Of a DNA stretch of 32,000 bases, positions 1-8,604 are shown piece after piece. Origin of the DNA: Candidatus Kuenenia stuttgartensis. GTDB lineage: Bacteria; Planctomycetota; Brocadiia; Brocadiales; Brocadiaceae. The position numbers were made by a program, and so were the translations under genes. A model generated the notes under the pieces. It ran no database searches. It saw only the letters and a list, made by a program, of their open reading frames with translations, and was not told where the DNA came from. Within the stretch, counting starts at the first letter, position 1. Every line of letters begins with the position of its first letter. The stretch covers positions 2,310,001 to 2,342,000 of the forward strand of contig NZ_LT934425.1 of the NCBI RefSeq assembly GCF_900232105.1, given 5' to 3'.

Positions 1-2
1 TT

Positions 3-143
3 ATCAAAAAGTCGGGAAATATTGTGATGCTTATTCCAGCCAAAGAATCGTGGAATTCTTTGGTAGACAGCCTTGATAAATTTACCGATGACTTCATGGG
101 TGAGAGAAAACAGTTAGATACCCAGACAAGGGAGCCACTTTAA
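3..143 (+). CDS. vapB: C-terminal part of VapB-like antitoxin (5' end outside the window)
   Basis: Open frame IKKSGNIVMLIPAKESWNSLVDSLDKFTDDFMGERKQLDTQTREPL*; its stop overlaps the downstream start as TAATG (141-145), a typical translationally coupled TA layout. Confidence 0.7.
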   Translation: MKKSGNIVMLIPAKESWNSLVDSLDKFTDDFMGERKQLDTQTREPL

Positions 144-544
144 TGAAATGTATGCTTGATACCAATATATGCATTTATCTCATCAAGCGGAAAAACCCTA
201 AAATCCTTGCGTATCTCAAAAAACACGACATAGGGGAGGTTGGTATTTCATCTATTACCCTCGCGGAACTTCAATACGGGGTGGCAAACAGCAATTATAT
301 CCAGAGAAACAGAGAGGCTTTACATGAGTTTATCCTGCCTCTTGAAATTGCAGATTTCGATGAAAAGGTTGCTGAGGTGTACGGGAATGTGAGGGCGAAC
401 CTTGAAAAGGCAGGAACCCCTATTGGCTCAATGGATATGCTCATTGGCGCTCATGCCATGAGTCTCGGTGTAACCCTTGTATCTAATAATACCAGGGAAT
501 TTAATCGTATAAAAGGGCTTAAGGTTGTAGACTGGACCATTTGA
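143..544 (+). CDS. vapC: PIN-domain ribonuclease toxin, VapC family
   Basis: 133 aa with MLDTNICIYLIK start, SSITLAELQYG, GSMDMLIGAHA and TLVSNNTREFNRIKGLKVVDW, all hallmark VapC/PIN motifs. Confidence 0.93.
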   Translation: MKCMLDTNICIYLIKRKNPKILAYLKKHDIGEVGISSITLAELQYGVANSNYIQRNREALHEFILPLEIADFDEKVAEVYGNVRANLEKAGTPIGSMDMLIGAHAMSLGVTLVSNNTREFNRIKGLKVVDWTI

Positions 545-955
545 AGGTAGGGAATCAGGCCTACGGTGACATTCAACAGCGTAGTGGTAAGACGTGCCTT
601 GCTACTGTTTGAACACGCACCAGAGGTGGTAACCCTAAAGCGTAAAAAGGGGCATACCTTGATCAGGGGTTAACATGTCGATAGTTTGGGCTTGATCACA
701 AATCAAGGTGTGAACCGTATCTTCACTCCTAACTCCGCACTTTAGTGCGGAGATATTCGTAAAAAACCCGACTTTAGCCAGGACTTTGGATTATTCCGTA
801 ACCCCGACAGAGTTCCAAACTCTGTCAGGGTTAAATCAACTATTCCCCGCGCATTTGACCGCCATGGATTAACAGTACTTCAGGGCTAAAGCCCCGGACA
901 TTTTTATTTTGTCAACCCCATGCTAAAGCATGGGGTTAAAGCATGGATGGATTTT

Positions 956-1540
956 TCAAAAAACTAAAGTGTTACGGCAAAATGGATTTGTGTATTTCTC
1001 TATACCTACCGTAGTCATTGGCCCGTGGGCGGGAAAGACAAGGGTTTCGTCAGGCAGGGTGAAGATATGCTTGCGGATATGTTCTGTCTGGCATTGAGCG
1101 GCCTTTGAAGAATTCGTACCACCAACTGAACCGCAAAAAAGCGCATCTCCTGTAAACACACCACCGGGGATATAGTACGACATTCCATGAAGAGTATGGC
1201 CAGGCGTGGATAATGCTTTGAATTGCAGCGAACCAACCTCAATTATTTCGCTGCCCTGCAGCATGTTATTGGCAGAATGTACTTCTCCCTCTCCGGCATA
1301 ACTCTTAACAGGATAACGGCGGGAAAACTCCTGCATGCCTTCGGTATGGTCCCAATGTCCATGCGTAAAAAAGAGATATTGTAAGAGGATTTGCCGTTCC
1401 CGGATAAAAGCCTCTATTTCATCGCTGAAACCCCCGGGATCAATAAATACCCCTACCCTGGTTTCAGGGTCTGCAACAAGATACCCGTTAATCGGGTAAC
1501 TTCCCACGGTAAAACGCCTGAATATCAGATTGCAAATCAT
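956..1540 (-). CDS. MBL-fold hydrolase (glyoxalase II-like)
   Basis: Contains FFTHGHWDHTEG, STPGHTLHGMSYY, FTGDALFCGSVG and FPAHGPMTTVG metallo-beta-lactamase metal-binding motifs. Confidence 0.88.
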   Translation of the reverse strand: MICNLIFRRFTVGSYPINGYLVADPETRVGVFIDPGGFSDEIEAFIRERQILLQYLFFTHGHWDHTEGMQEFSRRYPVKSYAGEGEVHSANNMLQGSEIIEVGSLQFKALSTPGHTLHGMSYYIPGGVFTGDALFCGSVGGTNSSKAAQCQTEHIRKHIFTLPDETLVFPAHGPMTTVGIEKYTNPFCRNTLVF

Positions 1541-1597
1541 GGCGTGATCTCCTTTGAGTAATTCGTTTTTTTCAAAAAATAAACGGCAAACCCCAGG

Positions 1598-2242
1598 TTA
1601 ATCATAGCGCACCTCATCCCGGTTTGCCGCCTGATTTATATCGGTATCAACCCACTTTGTATCTACAAAATGCGCCTTATGAAACACCGCTTCATCAAGC
1701 GTGCATTTCTCAAAACTGCAACGGATAAAAATTGCTGCCCGAAAAATAGCCTTTTGCAGACGGCACTCCACAAACCGAGTATCAATGAAGGTTGAGAAGG
1801 GAAAGCGGACGAAAAAGTAATCCTCCCGCTCAAACAGGCAATCATGCCAAAATGAACCACTGAAGGCGACCTCGCTGAAAGAGGAACCCCGGAGCTGGCA
1901 CTTGTGAAATGTGGAGAATCCGAAGGAACTCAGTTTTGCCGTGGTTTTTGCTATCGTACATCCGGAGAAATGGTTTGAGGTAAAAAGGGCATCCTGTATC
2001 ATCACCTTTTCCCATTTACAATCCAGATAAAATCCCCCTTCGCAAAGGGCATGGTCGAAGGAAACATTTTGGAATTTGCTGTCCTGTGCCCGGAGGTAAC
2101 GGAAACGCCCTTCTTCGAACCTGACAGACTGAATATGGCTTTCAATCAGGCGTTTGCCGGAAAAATCCTCTCCGGCGAGGGCCATATCTGAAAGGGTATC
2201 ACGGATATAGATCGTTTTTTTCTGATTTTTCTCTGTTTTCAT
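1598..2242 (-). CDS. Pentapeptide-repeat-like protein
   Basis: Repeated A(D/N)LxF-like units: FQNVSFDHALCEGGFYLDCKW, CQLRGSSFSEVAFSGSF, CRLQKAIFRAAIFIRCSFEKCTLDEAVFHKAHFVDTKW. Confidence 0.65.
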   Translation of the reverse strand: MKTEKNQKKTIYIRDTLSDMALAGEDFSGKRLIESHIQSVRFEEGRFRYLRAQDSKFQNVSFDHALCEGGFYLDCKWEKVMIQDALFTSNHFSGCTIAKTTAKLSSFGFSTFHKCQLRGSSFSEVAFSGSFWHDCLFEREDYFFVRFPFSTFIDTRFVECRLQKAIFRAAIFIRCSFEKCTLDEAVFHKAHFVDTKWVDTDINQAANRDEVRYD

Positions 2243-2281
2243 TGTTTGATATATCCCTTTACTCTTTGTCTTAAACGCCTG

Positions 2282-3121
2282 TTAGAAAATGCATTGTATC
2301 GTTATATTCCTGCCCACTGAGCTTAGATCTATAACCACAGGGTTTATTTTCTTTTTGTTGTTATCATAAAGAATTTTTATAACAGGCCTGTTAAGTGAAT
2401 CTCTGTTTAAAGAAAATACAAACCCGGTAAACCCTTCGTATGCGCCATTTTTAATCTTTATCTCTGTTCCTACCGGGTATTTTGGTAATAAATCCAGAAA
2501 ATATCGCACCAATTCTTTATTAAAATGTGTCTCTGCTCCGTTTTTAATAAGTTCATATACGATATCATGAGGAATCGGGGGACGAAAAGGCCTGTTTGCA
2601 ACACAAGCATCATAAAAATCCGCAATAGCCGCAATTTCTGCCGGCAGTATTATTTTCGCCTCATCGCTGTAGCATATCTCATTTACATTATAGAAGTCAA
2701 AGGTATTGCTCCCCTTTAACCCCAGTGGATATCCGGAACCATCCTGCCACTCATGGTGCTGATAGGCGATGTGTGCGGCAACAAATCCCACATGTTCCAG
2801 ATCCTTCAGTAATTCATACCCGAGAACAGAATGTTTTTTAATTTGTTCATTTTCATGTTCTGACAACTTTTCCCGTTTATTGAGTATTTCCATATCAATA
2901 AAAATGTTTCCGATATCATGAAGAAGTTTTCCGATAGCGATTTGTTTTAATTTATTTCTGTCCAGGCGCAATCTCTTTGCAAAGAGTAAAGCCACAATCG
3001 CAGAATCAACGGAATGCTCATAGGTATAGTTGTCATGCGTTTTTATGGTATTCAGTCCAGCCAAAACCTCCCTGTCCATAATCTCGTCAATGAAAAAGCT
3101 TATATCCCATGTTCCGGAAAG
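2282..3121 (-). pseudogene. C-terminal HD-GYP/HD domain portion of a split cyclic-di-GMP-phosphodiesterase-like gene
   Basis: ORF 2282..3079 contains HDNYTYEHSVDSA, IGKLLHDIGNI, EHPxxGYELL-like and HHEWQDGSGYPLGLKG motifs. The same frame stays open upstream of the ATG (FLSGTWDISFFIDEI) to a stop near 3124, so the called start is internal. Confidence 0.75.
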
Positions 3122-3197
3122 AAATTACTAAAGTCAAATTTGGCAAACACTTATAAACATTGATTCTGCGACTACATGTCTTTTGGAAGTCTTTTAA

Positions 3198-5081
3198 TTA
3201 CTGGCCGAAAACAACATTGGACATTCCAAGTTTTTCCAATAGCATTTGTGTGACGGCGGGAAGTTTCACGGCTTTCTTTAAGGTTTCACCGGTATTTTTA
3301 GCCTCAAGAGTGGCGATATCTATATCTTTGAACGGCGCATAGAGTTCCTTTGAGTTTAAAAAATCTTTTTCTCCTATTGCCTTTCGTTGGTTTGATAGAT
3401 AACGGTTTATAAAATATGCCAGGATGCAGATAGTATAGACGGCTTTAACATGTGCCTCGGTATTGACAAAGAAGGGCCTGATTTTTAAGAACGATTTTAC
3501 ATTTTTAAAGACATCTTCTATTTTTGTCTTGTCCCGATAGGCTCTAACTATAGATTGGGGTTTTGCTTTAAACGCACCTCCATCTTCCCGTTCTGTATGG
3601 TTAGTGATAAAAACACATACGCCATCCAACAATCTATCTGCGGCTATAACATCAGTTAACAGCTTGATTTCTATTTTGAAACTTTTGACGGATTTGACCT
3701 GCCCGTTTTTCAGTCTATGGGTAACGGTGATGGACGTCAGAACAGGGTCTTCGAAATATTTATGAATCTTTAACCTTTTCAGCTCATCTACAATGCGGCT
3801 CTTTGTTGCGTCATATTGCCGGTCTCTTTGGGCATTTTTAAGGTTTTTATTCTCTTCTTTGAGATAATCCTTAAAAAAGGTTATTTTCTCGTCTCTATTA
3901 TTGCGGTCTTCTATAAATAAAGTGGGATTAAAACCGGTAATAAAACGCTTGTTTCCTATGACGCCATTGTCATGGTAGTATAATTCATCATCATAGTTTA
4001 AAAACCCTTGCGGGATAGGTATATCGGAGGCGTCCTTATCTTCTATGGATAACCCATTAAGAGACTTTAAACTGACACCGCAAGAGGGTATCTGATTTCT
4101 ATCCAATGCCGAGATGTATTTGAGTTTGGCTTCTTCTATCAAATTGGCATTGTCCTCAGAGATTATGCCTCTGTCAAATACAAGGGTGACGTTTTTATCA
4201 GTCAATTTGAATCTGGTTTTACAGGCATTGATATTCTGTTTGAGGGTTTTTACCTCAGCGGTGTTCCCGGGGAATACATCCCATTTGAAAGGATATCCCT
4301 CAGAGTTGATAAGAACACCCAGTAAGACCTGCCGCCTGCCATGACACTCTATTTTGCCCTTGCCAAATGCCGATAGATCACAGTTATATCCCACAAAGTA
4401 GGAAGTAGTTAGGTCGTAGTTGATAAATTTATAGGATTCCGGACGTTTCCAGAAGGTTTGGTTAAAAAGGTGGTTCTCTATAGATATTTTGTTTTTGTGT
4501 ATTTTATCTAATTCATAATAGATTTTATCGTCATTTAGGCCTGAAAGATCAATTTTAAGAATGTCCTCCAGCGCGCTCTTTTTCGCCCAATGAGGAATGG
4601 AATAATGAGAACACGGATCGGTGCACCTGTTAATAGTCAGTATCTTTGCAATCATATTGGTAGGAAGGGCGCCTGCAGTGACATCGTAGTCAAAAGCCTG
4701 ATCAAGCTGCCACTGGTTCCACAACTCATTAACAACGGCTATATCGAGATATGCCCTGCTTTCCAGGACTGCAACGTCTTTGAGCTGAGTCTGCAATTGA
4801 TCTGTGTTTTCAACTGTTTTACATATCAGTTTGATTTGCTCGGCTTGAATATCGGAAAGTTTCCCGATGGGCCAAAGTATTCTTTTTCTGACCTTTTTGC
4901 CATCCCTGTAGGATTCGGCAATAGAGTAAGATTTATAGGTTTTCCCTTTGTATTTAGAATCGCTATAAGTAAGGTGCATAATGTAGTCCCAATATTCTTT
5001 GACTACACTATCATTAATAAAATATTTTGTCAAGTCAGTATTTATAGGGTTATAAAGGATTTGTATTAATAAATAGGCCAT
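3198..5081 (-). CDS. IS1634-like (IS4 superfamily) transposase
   Basis: GKTYKSYSIAESYRDGKKVRKRILWPIGKL N-terminus, TLVFDRGIISEDNANLIEEAKLKYISALDR, C-terminal YRDKTKIEDVFKNVKSFLKIRPFFV...HVKAVYTICILAYF. The true start is probably downstream of the called ATG, at MHLTYSDSKYKG. Confidence 0.82.
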   Translation of the reverse strand: MAYLLIQILYNPINTDLTKYFINDSVVKEYWDYIMHLTYSDSKYKGKTYKSYSIAESYRDGKKVRKRILWPIGKLSDIQAEQIKLICKTVENTDQLQTQLKDVAVLESRAYLDIAVVNELWNQWQLDQAFDYDVTAGALPTNMIAKILTINRCTDPCSHYSIPHWAKKSALEDILKIDLSGLNDDKIYYELDKIHKNKISIENHLFNQTFWKRPESYKFINYDLTTSYFVGYNCDLSAFGKGKIECHGRRQVLLGVLINSEGYPFKWDVFPGNTAEVKTLKQNINACKTRFKLTDKNVTLVFDRGIISEDNANLIEEAKLKYISALDRNQIPSCGVSLKSLNGLSIEDKDASDIPIPQGFLNYDDELYYHDNGVIGNKRFITGFNPTLFIEDRNNRDEKITFFKDYLKEENKNLKNAQRDRQYDATKSRIVDELKRLKIHKYFEDPVLTSITVTHRLKNGQVKSVKSFKIEIKLLTDVIAADRLLDGVCVFITNHTEREDGGAFKAKPQSIVRAYRDKTKIEDVFKNVKSFLKIRPFFVNTEAHVKAVYTICILAYFINRYLSNQRKAIGEKDFLNSKELYAPFKDIDIATLEAKNTGETLKKAVKLPAVTQMLLEKLGMSNVVFGQ

Positions 5082-5099
5082 TTATTCTGCGACTACATA

Positions 5100-5609
5100 T
5101 TATTTTGAATTTGTGGAAACCCGCTTAAAATAAGGATTTTGTTGAAATCTTTCCGGAAAGGGGGTTATATCGTTATTTAATTGTTTTAGCTCGATATTTT
5201 GGTGGAATGTTTTCTTGAACTTTTCGGAATTGATGCTGTTTATGATGGATTCACAGGTACTTCCTTTCATGCTGAGGTCTTTAAAAGAATCAGAAATCTT
5301 TTTGTATGTTATGATGACGCGCTTCGTCATCATCGTATGCACTTTTTCAGAAACAATCTCGGGCGTTTCTATATCCGCAGTGTCTTCTTCCTCCACATAT
5401 ACGCATACAATGCCTCTTCTTTTAAGGCTCAGAATATGATCCTGCGTAATCGCTATCCCCTTTTTAAGGAGAATTGCATAATTATCTCCGTAAATAGTCT
5501 TACCAAGCGCCATTCCTGGCGTAATGTTGTTTACATGTTTTCTTATCATAGATTTTATTTTATAACGGTTACCAGTAACACCAATGAGATATAAATGTAT
5601 GGAATACAT
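5100..5609 (-). pseudogene. N-terminal portion of the split HD-GYP-type gene (DUF3391-like input region)
   Basis: KHVNNITPGMALGKTIYGDNYAILLKKGIAITQDHILSLKRRGIVCVYVEEEDTADIETPEIVSEK resembles the region preceding HD-GYP domains; same strand and order as the 2282-3121 fragment with only the transposase between. Confidence 0.65.
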
Positions 5610-5847
5610 AATATCTTATAAAAAATATTTTTTCCAGAGATTATGCAGGACGCACCTTCAGGTTTGCCTTCCTGCAAATATTTGTTTGCAGCCTAGCCGC
5701 GCTATGAGATAATTGATATCCACTGTGGTTGTCCCCCTTTGGATGGGGTTGGGGGGAGGATTTTGGAATTTGTTTCGGATTTCGTATTTTTTATTTCGCG
5801 CTTGTTTGGTTCTGGCTATACCAGCTTAGGAGGTTATTTTAGGAAAA

Positions 5848-7590
5848 ATGAAAAACATCAAAAACGGTAGTTTTATTTGTATTGCAGCGTTGTTCCTTTT
5901 GTTTCCATGCGGCAACCTGTCATATGGACAATCCGGGCTTCAGACTGTGCAGGAAGAGGAAGCGCAGGGTGTTCCGGAAGAGACAGCTTCCCTGACGGCG
6001 TTGAGAGGGATTATTCAGATAATGGAAGAAATTCAGGGACAGATTGCCGTCAAAAAAAATGAACTTGCAGGCATAACAGAACAGGAACAAAGAATAGAAA
6101 TTATTAAAGAAATTGAGAAACTCAAAGAACATTTGAATACATCAAGAGAAAATTTTGAAGAAATTGCAACCGGCCTTGACCTGAAAATGTTCGATGCAAA
6201 ACCACAGAAACAATTTGAGTGGAAAGAGGAAGCCCAGGTGCTGATTGGGCCTATCATTAATGAGTTAAAGAGTATAACCGCCCGACCAAGATTAATTGAA
6301 AATCTCCGGACGCAGGTGTCGTATCATGAAAAAAAGATTCAGTTTGTAAAAAACGCCTTAAGGAATATACAGGAACTTACTGCGCATGTGCATGATGAGC
6401 TGCTAAAAAAGCAATTAATCGCACTGGAGCACGAATGGTACAATAAAGGAAAGCAATGCTCTACGGAACTCACAATAGCCAAATATCAGTTGGCAGAGAA
6501 AGAAAGTGAAAAAAAATCTTTGCTCGAATCAAGCCAGAAGCTGGTAAAGGGGTTTTTTAAGAGCAGGGGGAAGAATTTTATCTTTTCAATAATCGCCTTT
6601 TTTTCCGTTTTCTTCCTCCTTCGTTATATCCATAGGTACGTTTATAGAAGCAGTTCTGTTTACAAGTCGGTGAAGCATTCATTCTACGTACGCCTTGCGG
6701 AGGTATTTTACCATATTGCAACCTTCATTGGCGCTACAAGCGCATTGTTAATCGTGCTTTATATTTCAGGGGATTGGGTTCTTTTGGGATTGGCGTTCAT
6801 ATTTATATTCGGGATGATATGGACGGCAAAACAAACCTTGCCGCGCTTTTATGAACAATGCAAACTTTTGTTAAATTTGGGAACGGTAAGAGAAAATGAG
6901 CGGGTAATATATAATGGCTTGCCGTGGAGGGTTGCTTCCTTAAATCTTTACACCTATCTTGTAAACCCAGAATTAAAAGGAGGAATGCTCCGGCTTCCAA
7001 TCAGGGAACTCGAAGGGATTCGTTCCCGTCAATTTCATAAGGATGAACCATGGTTCCCCTCTAAAGAAAATGATTGGGTAATCCTTGCGGACGGTACCCT
7101 GGGCAACGTGGTTATCCAGACTCCGGAGATAGTTAAGCTTTTGGTTATCGGCGGAAGCGATAAAACCTATTCAACCGTGGAATTCCTGCAACAAAAACCT
7201 ATAAACATTTCAACGGTGTTTTGCCTTCATATTACGTTTGGCGTTGATTACCAGCACCAGGCAATAAGCACTTCAGAGATACCGGGCATATTGAGGGAAA
7301 TAATTTTAAAAGAACTTTCAAAAAGCGGTTATGAAAAAGATATCAATAGCATTGTTGTTGAATTTAAAGAGGCGGGGTCGTCTTCCCTCAATTATTCAAT
7401 CCTTGCCAATTTCTCCGGACGGGTAGCCAGGGACTATTACAAACTTTCCCGTGCCATTCAAAAAATAGCGGTTGATGCGTGCAACAAGCATGGCTGGACG
7501 ATTCCCTTTACGCAAATTACACTTCATAACGCAGAAAAGCCGCAACCAAAAAGAGTTTTACCACAAAACACGAAGCACGAAAGGTACTAA
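5848..7590 (+). CDS. MscS-like mechanosensitive channel / small-conductance channel family protein with N-terminal coiled-coil region
   Basis: Signal-like N-terminus, coiled-coil region, TM segments, then ENDWVILADGTLGNVVIQTPEIVKLLVIGGSDKTYSTVEFLQQKPINIS and C-terminal domain typical of MscS homologues. Confidence 0.7.
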   Translation: MKNIKNGSFICIAALFLLFPCGNLSYGQSGLQTVQEEEAQGVPEETASLTALRGIIQIMEEIQGQIAVKKNELAGITEQEQRIEIIKEIEKLKEHLNTSRENFEEIATGLDLKMFDAKPQKQFEWKEEAQVLIGPIINELKSITARPRLIENLRTQVSYHEKKIQFVKNALRNIQELTAHVHDELLKKQLIALEHEWYNKGKQCSTELTIAKYQLAEKESEKKSLLESSQKLVKGFFKSRGKNFIFSIIAFFSVFFLLRYIHRYVYRSSSVYKSVKHSFYVRLAEVFYHIATFIGATSALLIVLYISGDWVLLGLAFIFIFGMIWTAKQTLPRFYEQCKLLLNLGTVRENERVIYNGLPWRVASLNLYTYLVNPELKGGMLRLPIRELEGIRSRQFHKDEPWFPSKENDWVILADGTLGNVVIQTPEIVKLLVIGGSDKTYSTVEFLQQKPINISTVFCLHITFGVDYQHQAISTSEIPGILREIILKELSKSGYEKDINSIVVEFKEAGSSSLNYSILANFSGRVARDYYKLSRAIQKIAVDACNKHGWTIPFTQITLHNAEKPQPKRVLPQNTKHERY

Positions 7591-7609
7591 GAGGAACCTA
7601 CAAAATCAT

Positions 7610-7636
7610 GTAGTGCGACGAACCTCGTCGCACTAC
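7610..7636. terminator. Perfect 12-bp stem-loop just downstream of the MscS-like gene
   Basis: GTAGTGCGACGA-ACC-TCGTCGCACTAC; no clear U-tract, so it may be a terminator or a dispersed palindromic repeat. Confidence 0.5.
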
Positions 7637-7811
7637 AAATGACAATTTCCAGGCGCTTTTTGTCAAAATATTTATTGCCCCTTCGGCAATCTGCAAATTG
7701 CCGATTGCCGACTGAGGACTGTTTTCGTGCTTGTTCGGTTCTGGCTTTGCCAGCTTGGGGGTTAGAGATAGGATTTGCTATTTCCCGCCCCCCCTTCGCA
7801 TCATTTTTGTA

Positions 7812-8604
7812 TTACTCCTTGCCAACCTTTACATTGAGCGTTGCCTTCAGCCCATCTGAGGTGAATAGTACTTTTGCATTACCTTTCTTATTTCCGGCAG
7901 TGATGGTGAATGTTGCCTCCCCGTTTTTATCGGTTTCTGCCGTTTTCGCCGGTATTTTTATGAACTTCTTCCCCTTTTTAATTTTTGCTTTCACCGTAAC
8001 GCCTTCAGAGAAGCAATCATTGTCGCCCTTTACCGTCACGGTAACTTCTTCACTTTCCCCCCTTGCAAGGCTTAATTCAGACGCCGCCGTTATAGATTTC
8101 GCATCACATTCACCTGGCGCCGGACTTGGTGTTGGAGTTGGGGTTGGGGTTGCACTTGCATCTGCATTTATAAGTTCCTGTACTGCTATATATGATGGCT
8201 TTTCAATAAAAGTTACTTCGCCGGTGGTTTGGTCATCTATGACCTGTGCGAGCAATCCTTCTGCAACATCTGCCGCCTCTAATTCATCATTATCCCTCAA
8301 GGTGACAAATACCTTATCAACGCCATTGTCCAGAATGTCATTTATGGAGGAAGCATAGTATTCCGCCTGCGATATGAGGCCGTTTTTATAATTCTTATCC
8401 GTTTGATAATTAGGGTCAGATGTGTATCCATGTTCCGATACCCATACCGGACCGTCGAAACCTATCGATGAAAACATCTCTATAAACTCTGCAACCATAT
8501 CTGGCAATTTATCGAGATCATCACGAACGTGAATGTTGGCAATGTCAAATTTATCCGGGGCATTTTCTGCCACTTCCTGCAGCCATTCAGAGAGATCCTC
8601 ATGG
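7812..8604 (-). pseudogene. C-terminal part of a disrupted glycoside-hydrolase-like protein with Pro/Thr linker and Ig-like domain
   Basis: FDIANIHVRDDLDKLPDMVAEF...GPVWVSEHGYTSD, ATPTPTPTPSPAP linker, and a beta-rich tail. The first ~20 aa of ORF 7812..8663 derive from the adjacent IS terminus. Confidence 0.75.

Noticed and set aside
143-544. Novel defence function for the PIN-domain gene
   Set aside because: Standard VapBC architecture; nothing unusual in sequence or context.
4590-5069. 159-aa + strand ORF opposite the IS1634-like transposase
   Set aside because: Antisense shadow of a conserved transposase coding region; no motif.
5199-5594. 131-aa + strand ORF
   Set aside because: Antisense to the HD-GYP N-terminal fragment, which has recognisable protein features.
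7639-8358. 239-aa + strand ORF
   Set aside because: Ser/Thr/Phe-rich antisense translation of the glycoside-hydrolase/Ig-domain fragment; no motif.
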